Assembly: GCA_963575745.1 (NCBI GenBank)
Contig: CAUYUJ010000056.1
Coordinates: forward strand, 1 to 64,000
DNA from: Prorocentrum cordatum
Taxonomy: Eukaryota
Direction: 5' to 3'
Length of the DNA stretch: 64,000 bases
Part shown: positions 1-11,773 of the stretch, piece by piece
Position numbering within the stretch: position 1 is the first letter of the stretch
Layout: each line of letters starts with the position of its first letter
Position numbers and translations under genes: made by a program
Notes under the pieces: model-generated
The model's database searches: none
What the model was told of the DNA's origin: nothing
The model's input: the letters and a program-made list of their open reading frames with translations, nothing else

Positions 1-1025
1 GAGGCCGAGGAGGAGGGGGAGGGGGAGGGGAAGGGGGAGGGGGCGTTACGTGCTCTCCCGCCGGAAAAACCACGTCCTGGATGTTCCCGAGGCCCTCTGG
101 CCGCACCAGCACCCGCAGCGCCGGATCGACCGAGAGCGAGGCGCCGTGGGCCCGCTCGTTCAGCACGCTCTTCTCCTGGCGCAGCTGCCAGACCTCGGGC
201 GGCAGCATCGGGGGCGGCTAAGAGGGGGGTGTCCATCCAAGAGGGGGGGGGGGGGGGGCACAAGTCATGGACGGGCGCATGTGCGCGGCCAGGGAGGGGG
301 GGGGACAGGGACGTGATGAAAGAACAAGGAGGCGCAGAATACGATGAATATCATGGGCCCCGTCATGATATCGCCCCCCCCAACTACGTCTATCACACCC
401 CTCTTGGCCGCCCCCGAGCAGGCCGGGGCCCGCGAACGGGGGAGCCGGAGCAGAGAGCGGAGGAGCGAGGAGCGGGCCGAGAGGAGCAGCAGCGGCGGTG
501 GCGAGAGGAGCGGGCGATCCGTGGCCATTTGCGCTCGAGGATTCTGCGTGCACAGTCCTTCCACGGCCGTGCCCCCCTCCCTCCTGGGGATTGAGGGCTC
601 TCTTTGCTCGGTATTGGATTTCACACCTCGAGCAGCGATGCCTCGCAATCGGAAGGCGCCGAACATCGCGATTCGCCATGGTCATCTTCTCGTTCATCAT
701 TCCAGCCACCAAGAGGCTGCGGAATTCATCAGGGAGCTGGAGCAGCGGGAGAGCACGAGCTCTGAAGGGTCGATCCTTGGTCATTTCGAGGGCGCCCTCA
801 GGAAAGCAGGTGGGGCGCTGGGCCTGGAGAGGAAGGCCACCACTGAGGAGGTCAGGCGGGGCTTAATAGCGCGGGGCCAAGGCGAGCTGGCCAAGCGCTG
901 GTGCAGGGCCCGCGATGGCCGCAGGATGGAGGCCCACAAAGATCCGAATGTGTTTGACGAGACTTCGAATACTCTCGCCAAGCCGCACAAGTCGGACACC
1001 ATGATCCAGGAGAGTGGCGCCACTA

Positions 1026-1139
1026 GGGGAACGAACAATGACATAGACATAAAAATTCAGAGGTCCGCGACTCCAGCGCGGATCCAAAAAATCCGCGCGG
1101 ACCTCCGAGTTTTTATATTTATGACACCTTTCGTTCCCC
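1026..1139. mobile_element. MITE-like palindromic element with GGGGAACGAA terminal inverted repeats and TA target duplication
   Basis: Reads ta|ggggaacgaa...ttcgttcccc|ta (TA at 1024-1025 and 1140-1141). The internal arms are also imperfectly complementary, and a related copy lies at 5602-5790. Confidence 0.7.
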
Positions 1140-1944
1140 TAGCCACCCACACGAGCAGCACGGACGAGAGCCTTGACGAGCCCGTCTGGGGCGAGGGCCA
1201 GACGACGGGCTGTGCTGTATAGCAGTTGCAGGAGAAGCTGCCAAACAACAAGACCCTCTTCCTCGAAATCCGAGCGGGTGTGATCACCCAGTCCCCGCTG
1301 CCGCCCTGGCGCGGCATGGCCGAGGAAACCGCTCAGACCGAGGTCGAGATAAAGAGCACCATGCAGACCACGGAGAATAAGCTGGACCACACCATGCAAA
1401 TGGCAGCGCCGCCTCTTAGCTTCTGGTATCCTGTCTGTGGAAGCCTGGAGGTGGAGTCCCAGCACGTTAAATTGTTCCACATCGGCTCAGGCGCAGCAGA
1501 GGTGGACGAGCCCCACGCCACTTTCGGCCCTGAAGGTGAAAGTGGAAGCTGCCAGGAGCCACAGCCCGCTGGTTGGAAGACCTTGCCACAGAAGCAGAGT
1601 GAGGCGAGATTTCTGGAAGACGGCCAGACCAAGCCAGGCGCGCAAGGAGGCAATGTGATCAACAGCTCCACTGTAGACAACACCGTGCAGGAGGAGCAGC
1701 AGCGGGTCAATGGTGAGCAAAGGAAGGAGACATGTCTGCTCGACGTCACGCCGCTAACGCAGAGCCTGGTGACCGCGATCCCGACCAATTGGAACCAGCA
1801 GCACATCAAAGCGGATTTTGCCATAGACGACGGTTGTCTGACAGTGGCAGTGCGCTCTAACCTGGAGCACTTGGACACCGAGGCAAGCGAGAAGCCCCAG
1901 GGAGTACAAGCTGAGCATCAGCCAGAGCTTCAGGCAGAGGGGTC

Positions 1945-2086
1945 CTTGAAATGCGCTCGTTGTCTCAACATGGATGGAACTGAATTCCTTTGTGCCGTGA
2001 CTTCTCCGTCGACAGCTTGAAATGCGCTCGTTGTCTCAACATGGATGGAACTGAATTCCTTTGTGCCGTGACTTCTCCGTCGACAG
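1945..2086 (+). repeat. Exact 71-bp tandem duplication
   Basis: cttgaaatgcgctcg...cgtcgacag occurs at 1945-2015 and 2016-2086. The junction creates the stop that ends ORF 1226..2020. Confidence 0.9.
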
Positions 2087-4959
2087 CCAAGTGTGGACAG
2101 TACATGTTTGGAGTGCAAAAAGCTGATGCCAGCACATTTCTGTAGAGGTTGCCAAAGTTGGGCCCATTCGAGCTGTGTCTCAGAGTTCGTGAGCGCTGAA
2201 TTTCAGCAATCCCAGCAATAATGCAGCATCATTTTGCTGTCTCCCTCCCTCCTCCCCCGCAGCAGTCCCAGTCCTGCTGCAGCTGCCATTTAGCAGCGAT
2301 GGCTGAAAGGCTTGGGAGGGCATGGAGGGAAGGGTGAGGACTTGCACTCAACAGCTTCCACATTTCAGGGCCCATGGCGAGTTGGCCTGACATGGCACGC
2401 AGCAGAGCCGAGCGGTAACCAGCTCACGGCACGTTCTCCCGCCCCCACTTTCCCTCCCATAGGTGATTCCCCATTGTTTTCTGCCCCTGCCATCTCAGGT
2501 GTGTAGCATATGCTCTTATCAGTGTGACGACAGTAAGCAGCAGGTAGACAGCACCAGATATGTTGAGGTACGAATTCCGTACATACCACAAGAAAGCCTG
2601 GGGGAGGAGGGGAAGCGGAGGAGGGTTTCGAGTATGAGGGTGCGTGTGCGTGCGTGTGTTGGTCCTTCTGTGTGCGTGTATACTGGAGGGGGAGTACGGT
2701 GAGTCCACCTCCTCTCTCCGAGCGTGCGGATCCTAGCCGAAGGGATCGCTCGTTCCAGAAGCTCCCACAGCTAAGCTGGCTGGGGAGTGATACGGCAGCC
2801 GCTGCTCCTTGAGTAAGGGGGTGCACAGAGGAATTGCGGGGGTGACTCATGGGGGATCATAATCTTCAAGGTGGTTCATTTGCTTGGGCACTCCCTCCCT
2901 TCCCCTCCTTGCCGCGCCCGCGCAGGAGCACAGGAGTTGGGTTGGGCGCGTTTCTCTCTCCCTCTCTCCCCCCCTCTCTCTCTCTCTTTCTCCCTCAGGG
3001 CATCCTTGAGCGCGTGCAGCTTTTCAGCTCCTGTCCAGGTGCCCGTTCGCATGTCTCTGTCGGCAATGGGTGTATGTGTGTAGTCAGGGGCGACGCCCCG
3101 GCGCTGCCTCGCCGCGGCCTGGCCCCGCTCTGAGCGGGCCCGGCCTCCGTCTCCCTCCCGCCCGCGCCGGGCCTTCCCCCTCCTCCTCACGTGCACCGCG
3201 GCTTCATTAGCAGTTGTATGCCCTACGTTTGCCCAATCCGCCAGCGCAGTCACTCTGCCTAGCCGCCGACGCAAGAAGTGTGCAGGACCGGGCGGAGAAG
3301 GAGCGGAGCTGCGCATAGCGGAGCGAGCACCGTCGCTCCGACGGACTGGCCCTGCGGGTGCAGCGCGGGCGTGCCAGGGCCCGAGCCGGAGATGTGGGCA
3401 GCGGGAGGGGCAGCAGGAGGGGCGGGAAGACACCCCAGGACGAGGGAGGCTGGTGAGAAAAGACCGGCGAGCGTTTTTTCATTCGGCGTTTCGACATTGG
3501 GCGGAAAAGGGGGGGGAGGGGGGGTTTTGGCTCCGGACCTCTGCTTAGTGCGACTGTCTGCAGCAGTGCGTCCTGTGGGGGAGACTCCACCTGCTCGAAG
3601 CATGTGCGCCAAAACAGCCAATATCCACTCCATGCATGGGGGGAGGGGGGGTGCGAGGGCCCGCGCCTCTCGGCAAAACAATGAATAAAAAAAACGAGCA
3701 CCAGCGGGAAGACGCCCCAGGACGAAAAAGGCTGGTGAGCAAGGACTGCGACCCGTGCTGGGACCTCCGAGGGACCTTCCCAAGGGGTCGGTGCAACCTG
3801 GGAGCCTGACATCCACCGGCACGGTTGTGTCAATCCGCGTCCCCGAAGGTCCCGACCACTTCCCCACGGGCAGGTTGTGTTGCGGATCCGTGTTCGTTTC
3901 GCATCCCAAGGCCCGAAAAGCCCCCACGATTGCCGAACACGAGGAAGACACGCCGGTTGGACAAAGATCATACCGTCGGATATGTGAAGGCGCGGGAGCA
4001 GAAGAGGCGACCAACTCCAAAAATCGCTGTCCAAATTTGGACGACCTAAATGGGTACGGAAAGCATGGGCACAACTACAGCAACACATGTTGTCCAAAAC
4101 CGACAGCCGCCGCTGTTGGGCAGGCGGCTCTACGTCTTCAGTGAACAACGTCCGCGGCGGCGCGGACAGCGAGTCTTGTTCAAAATGAACAGGAACTGCT
4201 GTCGGTCTTTGTACCCATTCTTTCCGTACTAATTTCGATCGTGCCGACCCGAGGCCCAGTCGGTCGCTACTCAGAGGGCACTGGCATCTTCTGCGAGGGC
4301 CTCTCGGGAGGTAAGGGGCGCCTCTGAGAGGCGCCATGCCTTCTCCTCCCGCCACCCCCGCATCCTGCGCACGGGGCTCCCCTTTTCCGATTGTGTATAA
4401 CACGGTGTGGTCTTTTTCTCCGCAGACGCAGGCCGGAACATAATCTACCCAACCTTGTCTGGATGGCTGTCTTGCTACATCAGCCGCTGTTGCAGCAGGG
4501 AGGCGATCGCACCACGACTTCGGGTGCACCCAGGTCACCGAGTCTCTACTGCACTGCGCACGATGCAGCCTTTAGTTGCAGGTCGGCCATGACATCCCAT
4601 CCCTTCCCATTGCAGTGCAATGGGAAAGGATGGGAGGGAGGGAGGGGTAGGCTGTGAGATAAGGCGCGAGCGCACCTAGCTTCCCTCCCTCCTCCCACTC
4701 CTTGCTTTATCAGGAGGCCTCAGGAGGCTGAGCCCCTTGCGCCGAGAACCCCTGGACAGGGTCCGAACAGGACCGGCCGCCAGCCTTTCCCGAAGGGATC
4801 GCCGGCCTCTGCCCGGTGCCCACCCTGGCCAGTTTTCCGACGGCAGCCCCCACCCTTGGCGACGAGAGGGGACGGCCGAGGGGCCCAGAAACTGAAAAAA
4901 CGAGGGCGAAGAGGAGGAGGGAGAAAGGAGGGGGGGCTCGTCGCCGTGCATCTTCTTCG

Positions 4960-5220
4960 ACGTCCGTCCGTCCTCCTCGCCGTCGTCGTCGTGCGTCGGC
5001 GAAAGCGTCGGTCGTCGGTCGTCAGTCGTCTGCCTTTGTCGTTCGTCTGTGGTCGGTGTCGCCGTCGTCGTCGGTCGTCGGTCGTCGGTCGTCGGTCGCC
5101 GGTCTTCGGTCATCGGTCGTCCGTCGGTCGTCGGTCGTCGGTCGCCGGTCTTCGGTCATCGGTCGTCCGCCGTCGTCGTCGCCGTCGCCGTCGTCGTCGC
5201 CGACGTCGTCGTCGTCATCT
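4960..5220. repeat. (GTCG)n/(GTC)n degenerate microsatellite
   Basis: Runs of gtcgtcggtcgtcggtc are directly visible. Confidence 0.85.
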
Positions 5221-5601
5221 CGCCGCAAACCTCGGTCGCCGCGCTTCCCTCCCCCCGCCCCGTCCCGACTCCTTGGAGCCCCTTCGTTAATTCGGGCCGG
5301 TCACTTGCGTGACCGGGGGGGGGGGGTTACGCCGCGCCGGTCACGCCACGGCAGGGGTGCGCCTGGGGTGCCGCAACATGCCCGTAAGCACCGCGCGTGA
5401 TCGCGCGGGGGCTTTTCCGAACGGGCTCTTGTGAGGCCAGGCCCCGCTGCCCTTCATCAGGCCGTGTCGGCGGGAGGGCCACCGCCCGAGGGGGCCGCCA
5501 CCTCCTCGAGGCCACGGGCCCCAGACCACCCAAAGGGAGCCTTCCAGGACTCCCAGAGGCGCCCAGGAACGCCCCCTCCTTCCCTCCCTCCCTTCCTCCC
5601 T

Positions 5602-5790
5602 GAACGACGAATGACATAAACATAAAAACTCGGAGGTCCGTGCGGATTTCTCGGATCGGCGCTGGACCCCTTGGAAGCGCCTCCGGCGCCGCCCCTGGCG
5701 CGCTCCGCGCGCCAGGGAGGGGGTCCAGCGCGATCCGCGAAATCCGCGCGGACCTCCGAGTTTTTATATTAATGTCATTCTTCGTTCCCC
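5602..5790. mobile_element. Second copy of the GGGGAACGAA MITE family (long inverted arms, left tip truncated)
   Basis: gaacgacgaatgacataaacataaaaactcggaggtccg... pairs with ...cggacctccgagtttttatattaatgtcattcttcgttcccc|ta, and it is similar to 1026-1139. Confidence 0.65.
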
Positions 5791-7074
5791 TAAGAATCCC
5801 CTCGATGCTGGGCCCTCCCCACCCAGCCCTCGATTTCCAGGAGGAGCTGGAGACACCCCTGGAGGTGACTCCCGCTGCCCGACCCTTGTTTCGGATCGAG
5901 TCTCGAGCGAACGAAGCTACGCCTTTCGCCCCCCCACCCACCCCACGGCTCTTCGGGCAAAATTGCCCACGGTGCTGCATCGAACAAGCAGCGTCGGAGC
6001 GGAGAGGTGCAGTGCACCATGGAGGTTTTTCAAACAACGCGATCCCGCCCGCCCTTCCGGCCTATCGAGGCCCACTGCGCACGCGAATTTTCTCGCGGGC
6101 GCGAGCGAAAGCGCAGGCGCCGAGTTGAAAGGTCCGGGCCGCGGGCCGATCAAATTAGGGGAGGTGCTACGCGCGAGCCTAAATGCACAGCGACCGAGCG
6201 CGGGATCAGAACCTACCGCCGGGGAGGCAGCTGGCTGAGGCTGAGCTGGCTGAGCTGAGTGTAAACGACCAGGGTAGCGGCTGCGCGCGTGCGAGACCCA
6301 GAAGACAAGCGGGTGAATTGGATCCTGCACGCCAGGAGACGTCGAGACCTGTTCTGTATCTACAGACCAAACGCCCGCCCAGCGAGGCGGTGCCACCAAC
6401 GGTCAGACCCGGGGGGGCGGCGCGCAACCAGGAAGAACAGAGTCAGAGAGGTGCAAGCACACTCAGACTCGAAGTGGGTACCGTGGGAGGAAATCACCAG
6501 GTACGCTGCCGGACCTTGTCGCCGCCGGGCGCCAGGGGTCAGGGCCACAGCTGTGGCTAGGTACGAGCCACGACAAGTCGGAACGATGCGCCAGTGGGGG
6601 GTGCGCTGACCACTGCAAGAAGGCTGAACCACCCCTGAGTAAGACGGCAGACGTCACCCCAAAGGGCCAGCATCAGACACGGCCGGCTGAGGCAAATACC
6701 GTAGACCAGATGCCGAGGGATTGCAAACGCCAGCGCGGGAACTTGCCAGGGGGCGTGTGTCGGGGACGCCGCTCAGAGGGAACCGCGTTTTGCGCGGGAT
6801 GGGGAGGCCGGGGCAGGTGGGAACTGACATCACCTTACCGGCGAAGGGAAAGAAGCGTCCTCCAGGACTATCCAGCGCCAGGGGACCGCTGACGGCCGCA
6901 TGAGCGATGCATGCCAGAGACTGCAGGTACATGCGGCCGATGGCCGCCCCGTCCTTCTCAGTGCAAGAAGCGTCCTCCAGGACTGCCCAGCGCCAGGGGA
7001 CGGCCGATGGCTGTATGAGCGATGCAAGCCAGACTGCAGGTACATACGGCTGATGACCGCCCCGTCCTTCTTGT

Positions 7075-7148
7075 AGAGAGACAAAGAGAGAATGAGAGAG
7101 AGAGAGAGAGAGAGAAAAATAGAGAGAGAGAGCGAGAGAGAGAGAGAG

Positions 7149-7180
<32 letters not shown>

Positions 7181-7500
7181 GGACCAGAAGAGAGAGAGAC
7201 AGAGAGAGAGAGAGCCATTGGACGGCTGATGGCCGCAGGAGCAATGCACGTCGGAGACTGCAGGGACGCGCGGCTGATGGCCGACTCCGTGCCAGGGGGC
7301 GGCCGATGGCCGCATGAGCGATGCACGACAGAGACCGCGGGCATCTACGGCTGATGGCCGTCTCATCCTTTCCCAGTAGAGAGAGAGAGAGAGAGAGAAA
7401 AAAAAAAAAAGAGAGAGAGAGAGAGAGAGAAAGAGAGCGAAAAAAGAGAGAGAGAGAGAACAAACAGAGAGAGAGAGAGAAAAGAGAGAGAGAGAGAGAA
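7075..7500. repeat. (GA)n microsatellite blocks
   Basis: Two GA-rich tracts at ~7075-7213 and ~7378-7500. Confidence 0.9.
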
Positions 7501-8524
7501 TAAACAAAAAGAGCGAGTGCCAGGGGACGGCTGATGGCCGTATGAGCGATGCACGTCGGAGACTGCAGGTACATACGGCTGATGGCCCTCTCGTCGGATG
7601 CCAAGGGTGCCTCGTTCCCCTGGGATCCCTCCGCGAGTGACGGCCGCGCCTGGAAGCATCTCCCAGGCTACCCGAATTGCGAGGGACGTCTCCGGGCGCG
7701 GGCGCGCCCCCTGCGGCGCTGCCAACTGTCGCGCCGATGCTGTCTCCAGGAGTGTCTGAAGTGGGATATTCTTGACTGTCGCCAGGGGGCTGCTGCTGCT
7801 GCTGCGGTGGATGCTGACGCAGGGGGGCTGTCGCCAGGGGGCTGGTGCTGCTGTCATCCACCTCCATCGCGGACGGCTGTCCTTCCAACGCGCCGCTGTC
7901 CGATCCGAGGTGCGGGCTTCTGGTGGCTGCTGAGGCTCTGTCGGGAGGGCGTGCGCCTTCCCGACGGTGGCTCTCCCCCAGGGCGGTCGCGGGTAGCTGC
8001 TGTGGGGCGCTGCTGTGACCCAGGGTCTGACCTCTTGAAGAGGTCTACTGGCTGCCAACACTGGTGACCGCCAGGGTTGTCCGTGCGGACGTGGAGACCC
8101 GGACATCGGATGCAGACTTGCCACGAAGGTAATTAGCTGTGCCAGGGAAAGGAATCCAGGAACGGCTGACGGCCGTCTGCACGTGCGTAGCAGGAGACCG
8201 AAGCCAATCCAGGAATGGCATGGCGACCAAGGCAGGGCATAGCACCCGAAGGCCAGGAACGGCTGACGGCCGCACATACGCGTGTAAACCTGAGAGAACA
8301 CGGCTGGTGGCCGTAGACACAAGGGGAGTGGGAAAGCCAGGGATACGGCTGATGGCCGTCTGCACGTGTTCATGCCCCATTTACCTGATGCCGAATGCTG
8401 CCACAGCCGCCCCCTACTCCTTCCATCGTGCTGCCACTGCCGTCGTCGTGCTCTCCATCTCTTGCCGCCGTGCCACTGCCGCGGCCGCTGCACTCCCTGC
8501 CGCTGCCTTCGAGGCAGCTGCCGC

Positions 8525-10760
8525 TGCGAACGCGTGCTATTCTCGCGCGCGCTGTTCAGGGTGCCGTGCGTGATGGCGTTGGGCTCCAGCTCCACGCCTG
8601 CCGTCTCGCCCAGCAGCGCCACAGCCTGCTGCCACTGCCAGCGCCTGCTCTTCTCGCGCGCGCGCTGCTCAAGGCGTCGTAGGTGATGATGTTGGGCTCC
8701 AGCTTCACGTCTGCCGTCTCGCTCAGCAGCGCCATTGCCTGCTGCCTCTGGCAACGCCTGCTCCTCTCGCGCTCGCAGTTGAGGGCGCCGTAGGTGATGA
8801 TACCCGGCTCCAGCCCCACGACCACCATCTCGCTCAGCGACGCCACCAACTGCTGCCGCTGGCAACGCCTGCTCTCCTCGCACGGCCTGTTCAGAATGCT
8901 GTAGGCGAGGCTGTTGGGCTCCAGCTTCACGATCATCATCTGGCTCAGCAGCGCCACGACCTGCTGCCACAGCCAACGCCTGCTCATCTCGCATTCGCTG
9001 TCCACAGTGCCGTAGATGATGATGCTGGGCTCCAGCTTCACAACCGTCATCTCGCTCAGCAGCACCACGGGTAGCTGCCACAACCGACGCCTGCTCTTCT
9101 CGCACGCGTTGTACACAGTGACGTAGGTGATGTTGGCTGGCTCCAGCTTCGCGACCGCCATCTCGCTCGGCAGCGCCACTGCCCACTGCCACTGCCAGCG
9201 CCTGCTCCTCTCGCACGCGCTGTTGAGGGCGCCGTAGGTGAGGATGTTGGGCTCCGGCTGCGTGACCACCATCTCGCTGGGCGACGCCGCCAACTGCCGC
9301 CGCTGGCAACGCCTGCTCTCCTCGCACGACCTGTTCAGGACGCCGTAGGTGATGAAGTTGGTCTCCAGCTTCGCGAACACCATCTGGCTCAGCAGCGCCA
9401 CGACATGCTGCCACTGCCAACGCCTGCTCTCCTCACGCTCGCTTTTCAGGGCGCCGTAGGTGATGATGTTGGGCTCCAGCTTCGCGACCCAGATCTCGCT
9501 CAGCAGCGTCACAACCTGCTGCCATTGCCAACGCCTGCTCTTCTCGCACGCGCTGTTCACAGTGGCGTAGGTGAAGGTGCTGGGCTCCAGCTTCGCGTCC
9601 CGGATCTCGCTCCGCAGCGCCGCGATGCGCTGCCGCTGCCAACGCCTGCTCTTCTCGCACGCGCTGTTCACAGGGACGTAGGTGGTAATGATGTCGGGCC
9701 CCAGCTTCACGACTGCCGTCTCGTTCAGCAGTGCCGCAACGTTCTGCCACTGCGAGCGCCTGCTCTTCTCGCACGCGCTGTTCACAATGCCGTAGGTGAT
9801 GATAAGGGGCTCCGGCTTCACGACCACGATCTCGCTCCGCATCGCTACTGCTGGCTGCCACTGCCAGCGCCTGCTCTTCTCACACGTCCTGCTCGCAGTG
9901 CCGCAGGTGATGACACCAGGCTCCAGCTTCGCGACCAGGATCTCGCTCAGCAGCGCCACGGGTAGCTGCGATTGCCAACGCCTGCTCTTCTCGCACGTCC
10001 TGTTCATAGTGCCGTAGGTGATCTTGGCGGGCTCCGGCTTCACGACCACCATCTCGCTCAGCAGCGCCACTGCAAACTGCCACCTCCAACGCGTGCCCTT
10101 TTCGCACGCGCTGTTCAGGACGCAGTGGGCGATGTTGGGTTCCAGCTTCACGACCGCGATCTCGCTCCGCAGCGCCTCGACCAGCTGCCACTGCCAACGC
10201 CTGCTCTTCTCGCAGACGCTGTTCACAGTGCCGTTGGTGATGATGGTTGGCTCCGGCTTCGCTCCCAACATCTCGCTGAGCCGAGCCAGAGCTGCCTGCC
10301 ACTGCCCCCTATCGCAGGCGCTGATCACAGTGCTGTAGCGGCTGATGTTGGCCTCCAACTTCACGACTGCCATCTCGCTCAGCAGCGCCACAACCTGCTG
10401 CCAATGCCAACGCCTGCTCTTCTCGCACGTGCTGTTCACGATGCCGTAGGTGATGATGTCGGGCTCCAGCTTCGCAACCACGATCTCGCTCAGCAGCGCC
10501 ACTGCTCGCTGCCACTGCCAACGCCTGCGCTTCTCGTCCGCGCTGTTCACAGTGCCGTGGGTGATGATGTTGGGCTTCAGCTTCACGACTGCCATCCCGC
10601 TCAGCAGCGCCATGGCCGTCAGCCACTGCCGCAGCCTTCTCGCCTCGCACGCGCTGTTCGGGCTGCTCTGACTGATGATGGTGGTTGGCTCCAGCTTCAT
10701 TCTCCGCATCTCGCTGGTCAGCGCCAGGGCCGTCTGCCAGTGCGCTTGTCCTTCCCTCGC
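8525..10760 (-). pseudogene. PPR-like tandem-repeat protein gene (about 20 repeats, mostly 37 aa/111 bp), frameshifted near the 3' end; start not defined
   Basis: ORF 8556..11081 repeats ITYGxxNSACEKSRRWQWQxAVALLSEMxVxKLEPNI, resembling the dinoflagellate PPR pattern SYSAxISACEKGxQWQxALxLLxEM..LEP. The last repeats continue in the frame of ORF 7363..9420 after a slip in a (CG)n run at ~8655-8665. Confidence 0.8.
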
Positions 10761-11227
10761 GCGCGCGCTGCCCAGGGCGCAGCGGCAGAAGGGCCCCTGC
10801 AACAGGCGCGGCCGCGCCCAGCCGCGGCGACAAGGAAAAAGGCCGGGAGGGGGAAGGAGGGCGGGGGGGGGGGGGGAACGCGGGAGGGGGCGAGCAAGGA
10901 AGCCAGGCACGGCTGATGGCCGTTTTGTCGGGGAGGTCCATGCCAGGGACGGCCGATGGCCGTTTGTCAGGATCGTAGAGCCAGGGACGGATGATGGCCG
11001 TTTTGTCGTAGATGTAACTGCACGGAGCGCGTGGCTCCGGGGGGGCCTCTGACGGCAGCCTGCTCCTCGGCTCCAGACCATGGGCCCATCTCACGGCTGA
11101 TTGCCGCCTGCTCACTTGGGGGAGTGGGACTGCCAGGGATGCAGCTGATAGCCGTCTGCTCGCGTTCATTTCCCACTGCGTTGCCAGGGCCGGGGAAATC
11201 AGAGCACGGGCAACAGGCGCTTCGACG

Positions 11228-11655
11228 GCGCGCGCGGCGCCCCCGCTGCATGCGGCGCCGGCCGCGCCCGCGGCGGCCGCGGCCGCGGCGGCGCCCGCGG
11301 CGCGGGCGGCGCTGGCGCGCGCGCGCGCCGCGGTGGCCCGCGGCGCGGGGGGGCCCCGCGGCGCACCCACAGCGCCCGCGGCGCCCGCAGCGCGCGCGGC
11401 GCCCGCGGCACCCGCGGCGCCCACGACAGCCGCGGCGCAGGCGGCGAAGGCGGCGCAGGAGCGCCAGCAGCGCACGTGGCGCACCCGGCGCCGCGGCGCC
11501 AGCGACGCCCGCGACATCGCGGCGCGGCAGCGCCGCAGCGCCCGCGGCACCCGAGCGCGCGCGACGCGCGCGGCGCCCAAGGCGCAAGCGGCGCCCGCGG
11601 CGCCCGCGGCGCCGGCGGCGCCCGCCGAGCCGCGGCGCCAGCGGTGCCCGCGGCG
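11228..11655. repeat. Almost pure G/C low-complexity tract (cgcggcgcc-type units)
   Basis: Directly visible; it explains the many overlapping A/R/P/G-rich ORFs here. Confidence 0.8.
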
Positions 11656-11773
11656 GATCCACGCCCACCACGCGAGCGGCGGGCAACTCCTGCTCGTCGG
11701 TGTCTTCTGGCTCCTGCTCCGCATGCTGCTCGCGCACGCTACTCTGCGGCAGTCCGCGCGCAGCCCGCATTAA

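Noticed and set aside
9405..10916. Plus-strand and alternate-frame repeat ORFs over the PPR gene
   Set aside because: They are shadow ORFs caused by high GC3 and the 111-bp periodicity.
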